From positions 1 through 64,000 of IMG/VR virus record IMGVR_UViG_3300044557_000107: a stretch of DNA of 64,000 nt. One strand, 5' to 3'. Of this stretch, positions 21,745 through 30,873 are shown in pieces; positions within the stretch are counted from its first letter, which is position 1, and each line of letters opens with the position of its first letter. Both the position numbers and the translations under genes were made by a program. Under the pieces are notes generated by a model that was not told the DNA's origin, did no database searches, and saw nothing but the letters and a program-made list of their open reading frames with translations. Source of the DNA: a virus (taxonomy: Duplodnaviria; Caudoviricetes).

Positions 21745-22704
21745 ATGTTAAAATACTATAAGATACAAAACACAAATAACCTAGTAGAAACAACTAGTGA
21801 TGACTATGACTGGGCAAACGCAGTTTCTCCAAATAACCTAGAAATAAGTCAATTACGCCCGAGAACTCACCTAGACTCTGAGTCCCTAAACCAGATCCTG
21901 AGCAATTCCCAAAGTAACCATATTGATGGGCTATCTAAAGACCCGAATCCCGTTACTATGATTTTACAGTACCCCACTAAGATTCTATCTAATTTTGGAA
22001 ACTTTTATGAATACACTACAAGACCTATTGTTTTAGTTATTACCAACGATAATGACAAAGATGATCTAATCACTATGTCCAAAGAACTTCCAGACTTTAT
22101 TAGTCACATTATATCCAACACTGAGCACCTAAAGCTTAATATCGGAGCTAAAGAAGATATCATTTTATCCGCAATCTATTATCTTGCCCGAGAATTTGAA
22201 AATGTCTTATTAAATATTGAGGATACCACTATTCGATTAGAAAAGTCCTTAAATAAAGCTACTGATAACGATACACTGTATGAAATTATGAGTCTACAAA
22301 AGACCCTCAATTCTTTCACAAGTGCTTTGCGTAGAAACAATGAAATATGCAATCAGATTATTCAGGATGAAGACTACTTCAACGACCCTAAATATAATGA
22401 TCTAAGTAAGAAAGCTAGTCTAGCACTAGATGATACCTTTGAAAAAGATCAGTATCTCAAACAAGTGCTCGAAGACTATTCTAGTATGATTCAAGCGGTA
22501 GTCCAAAATAATCAAAGTACTTCAATTAATAAGTTAACTGTTTGGTCTATTGTACTCGCTTGTGTATCTGCGGTAGCTGGAATCCTTGGAATGAACTATG
22601 TTATTCCTTTCGCCAGTGACCACTATATGTTCTACTTTGTACTTTTAGGAATCATTGGTGTCGGTACATTCATCTGGTATAAGCTAAAAAACACGTTAGG
22701 TTAA
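21745..22704 (+). CDS. corA: CorA-family Mg2+/Co2+/Mn2+ transporter
   Basis: Large soluble domain, INKLT, GILGMN signature and two C-terminal TM helices. Confidence 0.88.
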   Translation: MLKYYKIQNTNNLVETTSDDYDWANAVSPNNLEISQLRPRTHLDSESLNQILSNSQSNHIDGLSKDPNPVTMILQYPTKILSNFGNFYEYTTRPIVLVITNDNDKDDLITMSKELPDFISHIISNTEHLKLNIGAKEDIILSAIYYLAREFENVLLNIEDTTIRLEKSLNKATDNDTLYEIMSLQKTLNSFTSALRRNNEICNQIIQDEDYFNDPKYNDLSKKASLALDDTFEKDQYLKQVLEDYSSMIQAVVQNNQSTSINKLTVWSIVLACVSAVAGILGMNYVIPFASDHYMFYFVLLGIIGVGTFIWYKLKNTLG

Positions 22705-22731
22705 AAAAGGAGACCCTAGGGTCTCCTTTTT
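22704..22731. terminator. bidirectional intrinsic terminator
   Basis: AAAAAGGAGACCCTAGGGTCTCCTTTTT between the convergent corA and glycosyltransferase genes. Confidence 0.85.
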
Positions 22732-22732
22732 G

Positions 22733-23740
22733 TTATGCTGAAAGAATATTATTAATATCCACAATAGTTTTATAAGTATAATATCCAGATTTAACACGAG
22801 CTTGATATTCTTTAACTTTAGCAAAGCTACTTACAGAAACCATATCCAGATCATTTAAGGACGCTACGGTTGTACCAATTCCATGCTTCTTAGCATATTC
22901 TCCGACATTAGTTCCCGCTTTAGCAACTATGAATAGCTTTGAGGCTAAATATAAACTAGCTTTATGCGACCAATTATACTCTTGATACTTTTGGTACCTA
23001 CTATCCGGAGTTCCGTCCCATACCAGTCCCATAGAATACCGGTCAATAATACTAGGAAGAACCTGTGATGGAAACTTTCCTTTGTAAAACAGATACGGAT
23101 TATCCTGTATAACCACTCTAATTTTGTCATCAGGGTCTCCATAGACGTCTAAGAAGGTATTTATATCCTTTAGGAATTCAGACTTCTTAGCGGTCAAATT
23201 ACCAGCGTATACCATGCTTGCAGTAACTTCAGGAAAACCGCTTGTATTATCATTTTCAGATACGTCATAGTCAAAGACCTCTTGAACTACATATTTGATA
23301 TTAGAATTATTCAAATGATCTTTAATCCAATTTTTAATCTTCACTGAGCTAACTACTAGTACATCGGCTTTCTCAAGCCACTGCAAGTCGTCCTGTGCGT
23401 TGCTCACAAGTCCTCTTAAGTAATCTATATCGTGTACCCATAAAACAACCTTACAGTTCTTATCTTTAATACTCTCGAAGATACGACTGTTTGTTTCAAA
23501 GCTATTGTACGTAGGAACCTGCAAGATAACTACAGAATTTAGTTCAATACTACTCAGTGTATTCTCCATACTATCTAGACTTTGACCAAACATTGGAAGA
23601 ACCACCGGCACATACCCCTGCGGACGACAAAAGTTTCCAATGTCCTTTCGGGGCTTAACTGTTGCATCGTAAGACCATGCGGAATTACTAGGGACGGCAA
23701 TATACTTGCTAGGCATTTTTAGCTTCCTCTGATGTGGCAC
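22733..23740 (-). CDS. GT-B glycosyltransferase, Gtf3/beta-1,6-galactofuranosyltransferase-like
   Basis: LQVPTY, VHDIDYLR, VFDY, YAGNL..KSEFL, GLVWDG and YNWSHKASLYLAS motifs. Confidence 0.85.
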   Translation of the reverse strand: MPHQRKLKMPSKYIAVPSNSAWSYDATVKPRKDIGNFCRPQGYVPVVLPMFGQSLDSMENTLSSIELNSVVILQVPTYNSFETNSRIFESIKDKNCKVVLWVHDIDYLRGLVSNAQDDLQWLEKADVLVVSSVKIKNWIKDHLNNSNIKYVVQEVFDYDVSENDNTSGFPEVTASMVYAGNLTAKKSEFLKDINTFLDVYGDPDDKIRVVIQDNPYLFYKGKFPSQVLPSIIDRYSMGLVWDGTPDSRYQKYQEYNWSHKASLYLASKLFIVAKAGTNVGEYAKKHGIGTTVASLNDLDMVSVSSFAKVKEYQARVKSGYYTYKTIVDINNILSA

Positions 23741-24008
23741 TTGCAGGTACGCTAGAAGTTGTTGTTGTAGTAGCTTCCGCCTCTAAACTAGACTCTGCTT
23801 GTTCTAGTTCATCTAAATATTCCGAAAAGTCTTTCAAGAAACTATCTTTACTCCTAATAATACCCTTAATAGAACTTGTGGTAATTCCAATATATCTATT
23901 AGAATTTTCTAGAGATAAATTAGTATTAAACCTAGCAAGACTCTCTGTACTATCTGTAGCCATACTAGTTGCGGTAACTGTAACTGTTTTATTTGTGTCT
24001 AATCCCAT
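23709..24008 (-). CDS. small protein with Thr/Ser-rich tail between the two glycosyltransferases
   Basis: Likely start MGLDTNK; C-terminal ATTTTTSSVPASATSEE. Confidence 0.65.
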   Translation of the reverse strand: MGLDTNKTVTVTATSMATDSTESLARFNTNLSLENSNRYIGITTSSIKGIIRSKDSFLKDFSEYLDELEQAESSLEAEATTTTTSSVPASATSEEAKNA

Positions 24009-24016
24009 TTTTATTC

Positions 24017-24958
24017 CTACTTTCTTACTTTTCCAATTGCCTTTGCGTATTCTGACGAGCATAACTCTGGATTTACCCATGAAAGATCCTTGTATAAAGG
24101 ACTTCTAGCTATATACTCACCCTTGTAGAATGCTTTGTCTCTTACTCGCATTTCTTCAGTAATTCCAGCATTATGCAGGATCTTGGTTTCTTGATACCGA
24201 CTAATATTATCCGTAGACCAAGAAAACTCAAGTTCTTTACTTTTCTCAGTAGTAATCCCATACTTATTGCATAAATATAACTCTGCATACATTTCAGCAC
24301 ACCATACTTGAATAAAGTAATCTTGCGTACCTCCATTAGATTTCAAGATATAGTCATATTGATGTTGCACTTTGTTCATCCATGAGTACAACGTGTAAGA
24401 CTTCTGATAAACATCTTCCCAGTATTCTTTAGTTGGCTTACTAATAATCCATTGAGCACCAATTGAGCGCCCTTTAAATGCCATCATAGATTCTGCATCA
24501 CTAAGTCCTAGAAAAGAACTTATTCGTTGAAGTATATCTTTTCCTTTAGATCCTAAATAATCAGGACCTACATAGGACTCTACATCTGCTCCGTACCAGT
24601 GATCAGAGGATAATAATGGAAACTGATTAAAATCTAAAGGTTCTCTATAAATAATATCAGAGTCCTGATAGACAAAGTCTTCATTACAATACTCGGGATT
24701 TTCTTCTAGAAAAACTGACCATAAATAGGGGCGTATACTGGGAATATACTGAGAAGCTAGTGCTGGACGTTTGTCATGATACTTAAAACAGTTAACGGAG
24801 TACTTAGAAGCGATCTTATCAGGTATGTGCTTTCCTCGATCTGTAAATAATAAAATAACCTTACTAAGGTCTATGCCTAGTTCACCCATATTAGTTAAAA
24901 CAACTTCTAGTTGCCATTCGTAATAAGGATCATCAGGCTGTGCCATTAAGTAGTACAA
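24017..24958 (-). CDS. GT-A glycosyltransferase resembling peptidyl O-glycosyltransferases (HPAT/SGT1-like)
   Basis: YYEWQ, YIPSIRP, DxD (YQDSD) and WCAEMY match the YxxWQ/NKP/DxD/WxxEMY pattern of plant HPAT/SGT1 enzymes. Confidence 0.7.
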   Translation of the reverse strand: MYYLMAQPDDPYYEWQLEVVLTNMGELGIDLSKVILLFTDRGKHIPDKIASKYSVNCFKYHDKRPALASQYIPSIRPYLWSVFLEENPEYCNEDFVYQDSDIIYREPLDFNQFPLLSSDHWYGADVESYVGPDYLGSKGKDILQRISSFLGLSDAESMMAFKGRSIGAQWIISKPTKEYWEDVYQKSYTLYSWMNKVQHQYDYILKSNGGTQDYFIQVWCAEMYAELYLCNKYGITTEKSKELEFSWSTDNISRYQETKILHNAGITEEMRVRDKAFYKGEYIARSPLYKDLSWVNPELCSSEYAKAIGKVRK

Positions 24959-25021
24959 TATAGGTACCTTCTTTATTTTTACTTGTACTTTTATTGTATC
25001 ACAGAGGCACTTTTAAAATAT

Positions 25022-25610
25022 CTAATTAGACAACCCAATAGCACCCCATAGTTCTGCATAGGTGTGGTCTTCCATGATTTTCTTTACAGCATCTTTATTG
25101 GCGCTGATAAATTGACTCGCCTGCTTAATATCGGGAATATCATCCTTAGATAGCAAACTATTAGGATCCCCATAAATCTTAATCCAAGGCTCCATGGATA
25201 AGATGTACTTCAATTGTTTATCTGTTGCTTCTTTCAATATCATTTACCCCCTAAATTATTAACTGGACAAGACTAGGATTCTGAAAAACATGACGAAGCT
25301 TATTCTTAATCTTATCTGGTTCCTGCTTAAAGGCTTCTTGACTAACTAGTACCGGCATAATCCGGTGACCATCTTTCGGTGTATCTGTAGAAAATCCAAT
25401 TACTAAGACTCGCTTTTGGAGTTCCTTTTCCGCTTCTTCAGTAGAATCTAAGTCTAAACGTTGTACAAGATCTTGTACGTTTTTTCGTGGATGCACTTTA
25501 TCCATGGCATCATCAAACATGTTTAGCATAATGTCATAATCCGCATTTTCTTTCACCCGGACAATCTGATTATTATGCAAGAACATTAAATCAAACTCGT
25601 CATTCTTCAA
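25022..25610 (-). other. two hypothetical genes (25022-25243, 25251-25610)
   Basis: ORFs with RBSs. Confidence 0.65.
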
Positions 25611-25629
25611 TATAATTCCTTCTTCCTTA

Positions 25630-25932
25630 CTAATTTTTATAGTACTTAACTTCTCTTTGCAAATTGCTTGGCAGGGGAATAACTGTAATCAGCATAGGGA
25701 TACCTTCCGAGTATCCGTAAATGAATACATAACTATTATAAACCACCACGGAATGTGGACGTTCTTCCTTAAGCGCAATTGACGCAAGGTACTTTCGAAG
25801 ATTACCTTTAGCATCTGACTGCTTGATCCCTTTATCTAAAGCTCGACTAAATTGACGTAACGTAGCTTTCTTTGGAATACCCATGCGGCTCTTAATTCGT
25901 TTAGTCGCGTGTCTTGAAATAGTAACTTCCAT
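25630..25932 (-). CDS. basic protein with RelE-like/DUF4258-type signature
   Basis: ISRHATKRIKSRMG...LITV; own promoter TTGACA-N16-TATAAT (25985-25958). Confidence 0.55.
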   Translation of the reverse strand: MEVTISRHATKRIKSRMGIPKKATLRQFSRALDKGIKQSDAKGNLRKYLASIALKEERPHSVVVYNSYVFIYGYSEGIPMLITVIPLPSNLQREVKYYKN

Positions 25933-25997
25933 GACTACGCCTCCTTCCTATGAGTATATTATAGCACAGAAGGAAAACTTGTCAACGTTCTATAGCA

Positions 25998-26223
25998 TAA
26001 AAATAGACCCTTTCAGGCCTATTCCTAATACACATGATTTTTATCGTTGCCAGCTCAACTATCTAGAATATGTCCAGCCTTGAAAATTACAAGTTTTTCT
26101 GATGCTTGCCATCCGCAGGCCCATACGTCCCGGATTTATGTCTGGTTAATTATAAGCAGTCATGCCTGCACAAATATGTATGCCCCAGCATTTGAGCACT
26201 TTTAGTAGGCTTCTGGGGCTTAG
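25998..26223 (-). ncRNA. candidate structured RNA 3 downstream of the endolysin
   Basis: TGCTATAAT extended -10 at 26238-26230, GAAA-loop terminator 26002-26023, several GC-rich stems, no ORF. Confidence 0.55.
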
Positions 26224-26245
26224 ATTCTTATTATAGCATATGTTA

Positions 26246-27550
26246 CTACTGAATGCTACCCAATAGCACCCGTGTATTTGCATTTCTAACAGCAATGTAG
26301 TGGTGGTATCCACCTTTAATCTTGTAACTTACGTAAATGTAGTTACCACGTTTTACGAATCCGTCGTAAGAAATTTGCTGCCCTTTGTAGTATCTAGCAC
26401 CAGTTGGCTGTGAACCTGGATAAGCGAATACTCGCAAGGTTTGCCCAGCAGTGAAGACTCCGTTTTGACGTGTAATTGTATATCCACCGTCTTTAAAGGT
26501 TCCTGATACTTTAGTGGTAGCACTTGAAGAGCTTGTTGACGTAGTTACTGGTGTACCTACACTAAGAATTTCAACATCAGACTTATTTGCCCAACTAAGT
26601 ATTCCTGCTAAAAGAACTTTGTTTCCGGACACTTGGATAACTTTATATGAATTACCCTTTACCCAGCTAGGAATAGTTACATTATTACTCCACTTGGTAG
26701 CAGAATAGTTGACCTTGACTGTATCGCCAACTTTAATATCAGACTTTGCAGTATTATTAGCTTGCTGACCTGCTTCAATAGCTGGAGTAGTCGTATCTGT
26801 CTTTACTGCGGTGCCGCCTTGATCACTGGTTGTAGTACCATTATACCCATTATCAGTAATCCCAGTTAGATCTACATCTCCGTCAACCCCAGAATTATTA
26901 GTCCCGAAGTTATCGGCAAACTGCCAAATAGCTACGTTGTCAAAACTTGGAAAATAATTAAAGTCTGGTGCAGTCTGTCGACTAGTAGTTTTGTAGCTGG
27001 CAATCCAAACCTTGTTAGACCCAAATTTTGCCGCAATTTCTGCATCATTTATATAAGACTTGAAATAAGGCTTATAACTGTAGATTACAGGAGTATATCC
27101 AGCATCTTTGATCATTTGCATGGCCAAAATTATGTTAGCTGTGTTAGCTTCCTTATCACTAGAAGCTCCTTCTTCGTAATCTACAGCAACAATTGAACCT
27201 TTAGGAGTTTGGACTTTTGCAAGTATTGAAGGCAAAACTGCCTTAGTTCTTGTCTGATCGGCCCCATTAGCCATGTAAAAATAAGTGTGTGATCGACGCC
27301 CTTGAGCAATTGTATATTGGACTTGTGTTGCATAGGTACTTTGATAGATTACCTTAGAATTATAAATACTACCAATACCAACAATGTTAAACTTAGTATT
27401 TGGGCTTCCTAGGTTGCCTAAAGTCCCTTGAGGATAGCTATTATCCGCCCCTAAGTCACCTTTTGCTGCGTTTGCTACAGTCGGTATAAAAAACAAACTA
27501 AAGATAAACACAGAAAGACTTAGTACATATTTTTTAAACCTATTAGTCAA
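26246..27550 (-). CDS. endolysin: signal peptide + GH25 muramidase + two SH3b-like cell-wall-binding domains
   Basis: N-terminal signal peptide (..TVANA), DYE catalytic motif, WIASY, IWQF, VDGD; C-terminal SH3_5-like YDG..GNYIYVSY. Confidence 0.9.
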   Translation of the reverse strand: MTNRFKKYVLSLSVFIFSLFFIPTVANAAKGDLGADNSYPQGTLGNLGSPNTKFNIVGIGSIYNSKVIYQSTYATQVQYTIAQGRRSHTYFYMANGADQTRTKAVLPSILAKVQTPKGSIVAVDYEEGASSDKEANTANIILAMQMIKDAGYTPVIYSYKPYFKSYINDAEIAAKFGSNKVWIASYKTTSRQTAPDFNYFPSFDNVAIWQFADNFGTNNSGVDGDVDLTGITDNGYNGTTTSDQGGTAVKTDTTTPAIEAGQQANNTAKSDIKVGDTVKVNYSATKWSNNVTIPSWVKGNSYKVIQVSGNKVLLAGILSWANKSDVEILSVGTPVTTSTSSSSATTKVSGTFKDGGYTITRQNGVFTAGQTLRVFAYPGSQPTGARYYKGQQISYDGFVKRGNYIYVSYKIKGGYHHYIAVRNANTRVLLGSIQ

Positions 27551-27641
27551 GTTTTTGGCTCCTTTCTTTGAATGGTGTTCAAAAATAATATAGAGCCAAA
27601 TAACTAAAAAAAGAACCCCTTAAGGATTCTTTTAATCTTGA

Positions 27642-28208
27642 CTAGGCTTGAGAAGCCGGTGCCGCACTTTCAGTAGCAACTTCACTAGATACTTGAGAAG
27701 CACTTGTTGTTTCTTCTGGTGTACTTGAGGACTCCTTAAGCACGTTTTTAACAATATCTTTGACTTGCGCTTCAGTAAGTGTTCCCGTAGTTATACTATG
27801 ACTTTCTGTAGTAGTTGTGGTTGTAGTAGGAACCGCAGTAGTGGTCGTAGTTGTAGTGGGATCTGCTTGAGTATAAGCATCCAAGGTTCCATCAGTAGTC
27901 AAGGTAGCATAGGCTGTTTCAACTGCGTTTTTAATAGTGTTAGCTTCAACCTTAGTAAATCCTAAGTTCTTTAAAGAATCTGAAACAAGTTGCACTGCTT
28001 TAGACTTTTTAACTTCCCCGTCAATATACGAGGTGACCCCTAACTTTTGTAAAGCTACTACGGCATCCTTAGCTAATGTAGGTAGAACATCTACAAGCGT
28101 TGAGGCAGTCTTGCTAGATTTAATAAGCTTAGCTAAGTATGGTGTAACAACCCCAATAATGGCTACGGCTACTGTAACAACGATCTCTGAAATATTTTGA
28201 ACATCCAT
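27642..28208 (-). CDS. holin, LL-H family, with Thr-rich C-terminal extension
   Basis: Single N-terminal TM, AVVALQK..GEVKKSKAV..IKNAVETAY; adjacent to the endolysin. Confidence 0.8.
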   Translation of the reverse strand: MDVQNISEIVVTVAVAIIGVVTPYLAKLIKSSKTASTLVDVLPTLAKDAVVALQKLGVTSYIDGEVKKSKAVQLVSDSLKNLGFTKVEANTIKNAVETAYATLTTDGTLDAYTQADPTTTTTTTAVPTTTTTTTESHSITTGTLTEAQVKDIVKNVLKESSSTPEETTSASQVSSEVATESAAPASQA

Positions 28209-28235
28209 AAATTATCACTCACTTTCAAAGTTAAT

Positions 28236-29297
28236 TTAGTTCTCTCGGTTAATTCCGCGACGATGAAGTTCTTCGTAAAGAGTTCGGCTAGAAATACCTA
28301 AGTCTTTAATAATATCCGTGACATGGTCATTATTAAAGTACCGCTCACAAGCCTCGTCTAAAATAGCCTTTTTACTGGCTTCTTTATTATTACTTTTCAA
28401 AGTATCTTCAAGTAACGGGTTAATTTTAGAGTTATCATAGATAGGAACTGAAGGACTCTTCTTATCTATAATATCCTTCAAGGTCTTATTTTTAGACTTG
28501 CGGGGCGCTTTGATTGGTACATCTTCACTAAAGAATAACTGCTTAAGTCCTTTAAGCTGACTATCATATTTAGAAACTTCTTGGTCTCCAATCAAGTTAC
28601 GCATTGTATTCACATAAGTTTCTGTTAGGGAATACTCTAAATATGCTTGATAATGGTCAAACGTTTCTACTTTCCGAATAAGACTTAAAAGCTCCTTAAA
28701 AGTATCCAAGTCTTTAGTACTATCTGAGTTTGTTAATAACGCTAACTTTCTAAAGAATGCTAATGAGGCTCGGTTAAGATCATTTGTAGGTTTACTCAAG
28801 CTACTAGTAAATTCACCTTTAGGAGTCTCAGAAGGAGAACCGTAGAGTAACCCAGAAACACGATCCTGAATCTGAGAAACTGTCAAACCTTCAAAAACAT
28901 CGCCGGATACCAAGTAAATTTCTTGGTAATTATTTGAGTCTTTACCTAAACGGTCTGATGTAAGAACCATAAGTAAGTTAGCAGGAGTTAACCGAAGCTC
29001 ATTAATGTTACTATTTAAAAATTCCCAATAAGCATCCGGAGTAAGTACAAAAGTATTATCAAAAAATAAATCGGTCACCTGAAATAATTTACTACCATTG
29101 GACCGTGTAGTACTTTCAGTATCATAACGATCTTCCGGAGCATCAATAATACCTAGATTAATCAACAATGAAGTAACTCCCTGTGGGAGTATCTTGATAT
29201 ACTTTTCTTTACCATTTACAGTAATATCTAAGTAGTTATATTCCGCGGAATACCGTGTTGCTTTAAGAACTAAACTTAAAGATTCTTCTTCGTCCAT
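28236..29297 (-). CDS. hypothetical protein with C-terminal helix-turn-helix
   Basis: VTDIIKDLGISSRTLYEEL. Confidence 0.75.
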   Translation of the reverse strand: MDEEESLSLVLKATRYSAEYNYLDITVNGKEKYIKILPQGVTSLLINLGIIDAPEDRYDTESTTRSNGSKLFQVTDLFFDNTFVLTPDAYWEFLNSNINELRLTPANLLMVLTSDRLGKDSNNYQEIYLVSGDVFEGLTVSQIQDRVSGLLYGSPSETPKGEFTSSLSKPTNDLNRASLAFFRKLALLTNSDSTKDLDTFKELLSLIRKVETFDHYQAYLEYSLTETYVNTMRNLIGDQEVSKYDSQLKGLKQLFFSEDVPIKAPRKSKNKTLKDIIDKKSPSVPIYDNSKINPLLEDTLKSNNKEASKKAILDEACERYFNNDHVTDIIKDLGISSRTLYEELHRRGINREN

Positions 29298-29307
29298 TAT
29301 TTTCCCC

Positions 29308-30114
29308 TTATAGTGTGACTGGTGCTGAATCGGTATCTAGCGACTGTTCATCCGAAGCAACAATGGCAAAATACCCATCTTGGTTATCTAAAGTGTACAA
29401 AATAACTCCAATAGGTGCTTCAGGAGCATCTGTAGACGTCCCTGAATCATCGCTATTAATAGCAAAATCGGAATACCAGGACTCCGGGATACTTGAATAA
29501 TACCCAGGTATATTAACGTTAATATCAATTAAGTCCCCTACGTCTGTATTATATCTAAAATCTACAGATTGGTAAGAACCATCAGATAATTGTATTAGAT
29601 TCTTGCCATCAAGATCTTTAGAATCTCTAGCATATCCTAATAAGGTTGTCGTAGTTGTAGTTCCCGGAAACAAAGTTGTTGTCGTAGTCGTTACCGCAGA
29701 TTCCGGTAAGAAATAAACCCCGGTGATACTACTTGTATTTCCTTTGTTATCCTTAGTATATTTTAATATGGTACCTACGTTAAGATACTTTAAAGTAGGG
29801 TTAACTAGCGCTTGTGTATCAGTATATTCATAGCAGGGGTACGTAGATAAGGCGTCGATACTTATAGCATAGTCTTGCCATGCAGTAGGGCCTGAAGAAT
29901 CATAATACATAGCAATTTCTGTCCTTGGATAGGTATCTTCTGTAAGCTTAACATAGACGTCCCCGCCTAATGACTGCTCGTATTTGGGAATGACAATAGT
30001 ATATCCACCAATTAATTTGTTAAAAATATCACTTAGTCCCAATCGACGAGTTCCCATATCTTGCAAACTATCTGGACTCAAAACGTCATAATTGGCTAAA
30101 CTATAAGCTGTCAC
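29308..30114 (-). CDS. probable virion protein with internal poly-Thr insert
   Basis: VTTTTTTLFPGTTTTTTLLG; acidic, structural-type composition. Confidence 0.65.
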   Translation of the reverse strand: MTAYSLANYDVLSPDSLQDMGTRRLGLSDIFNKLIGGYTIVIPKYEQSLGGDVYVKLTEDTYPRTEIAMYYDSSGPTAWQDYAISIDALSTYPCYEYTDTQALVNPTLKYLNVGTILKYTKDNKGNTSSITGVYFLPESAVTTTTTTLFPGTTTTTTLLGYARDSKDLDGKNLIQLSDGSYQSVDFRYNTDVGDLIDINVNIPGYYSSIPESWYSDFAINSDDSGTSTDAPEAPIGVILYTLDNQDGYFAIVASDEQSLDTDSAPVTL

Positions 30115-30865
30115 TGTCTACACCCCCTGCCTTTAGTGCCCGTTTAAGTGCTAAATAATCTTTATCTAGGTCTAAGTTACGATTAAACTCTGCTTCCGCC
30201 TTGGACAAACTCTCGCGAGCTTCTTCTTGCTTTTCCTTGGGTACATAATCAATTAAAACTTTAGATAGAACATAAGAAAGCTTCTGCTGACGTGTCTGTA
30301 AAGCGTTGATGCCTTTCACTGTCATACCTCTTAAAGCTCCATCCGTAAGCTTGTTTTTTAGTTCTATGGCCTTAATCGTATTTTGAGGGGCCATGCCATC
30401 TTGCTCAAGTGCTGTTCCTAGGCCCTTATGAATCATTACATCGAGGACTTCAACATCATTCAAGTATTTATAGTCTACATCCGCGTTTTCAGCAACCTCA
30501 GTTGAATCATCCATGGTAAGCTCGGAATGCTCCGGATCCTCACTCAAATCTTGACTTTCTAATTCATTCTTTATATTTGCTATGTGCTTATTTTTATCTT
30601 TGCTCTCAATAGAACTATTAATTTTACGTTCCCACTCAAGAGTTCCTGCAATAAGTTCACCCACGGGTATACCTTGCTCTTCAGCTTCTTTAAGCTTCTT
30701 CTTGTAGCGAGTGATTGCACTCTTACTAATAGAAACTCCTTGTTGCTGACACAAATCAATAATTTCTTGATAATTAGTACCAATGTTTAAAGCTTCTTCT
30801 ACTTGCTTTCGAAGAATGGTGTTATTATACAAAGATAATAGAGACTTTTGTTGCTTTTCAACCAA
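30101..30865 (-). CDS. conserved Herelleviridae HTH protein (possible terminase small subunit)
   Basis: N-terminal YQEIIDLCQQQGVSISKSAITRYKK HTH. Confidence 0.6.
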   Translation of the reverse strand: MVEKQQKSLLSLYNNTILRKQVEEALNIGTNYQEIIDLCQQQGVSISKSAITRYKKKLKEAEEQGIPVGELIAGTLEWERKINSSIESKDKNKHIANIKNELESQDLSEDPEHSELTMDDSTEVAENADVDYKYLNDVEVLDVMIHKGLGTALEQDGMAPQNTIKAIELKNKLTDGALRGMTVKGINALQTRQQKLSYVLSKVLIDYVPKEKQEEARESLSKAEAEFNRNLDLDKDYLALKRALKAGGVDSDSL

Positions 30866-30873
30866 AAAATCAC

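Noticed and set aside
22733-24958. Glycosyltransferases as DNA-hypermodification enzymes
   Set aside because: No hydroxymethylase or modified-base pathway lies in the window and the motifs resemble protein/glycan GTs. This is not fully excluded, since the rest of the genome is unseen.
25998-26223. tRNA or tmRNA after the lysin
   Set aside because: There is no cloverleaf, T-loop GTTC or CCA end; no tRNA gene was recognised anywhere in the window.
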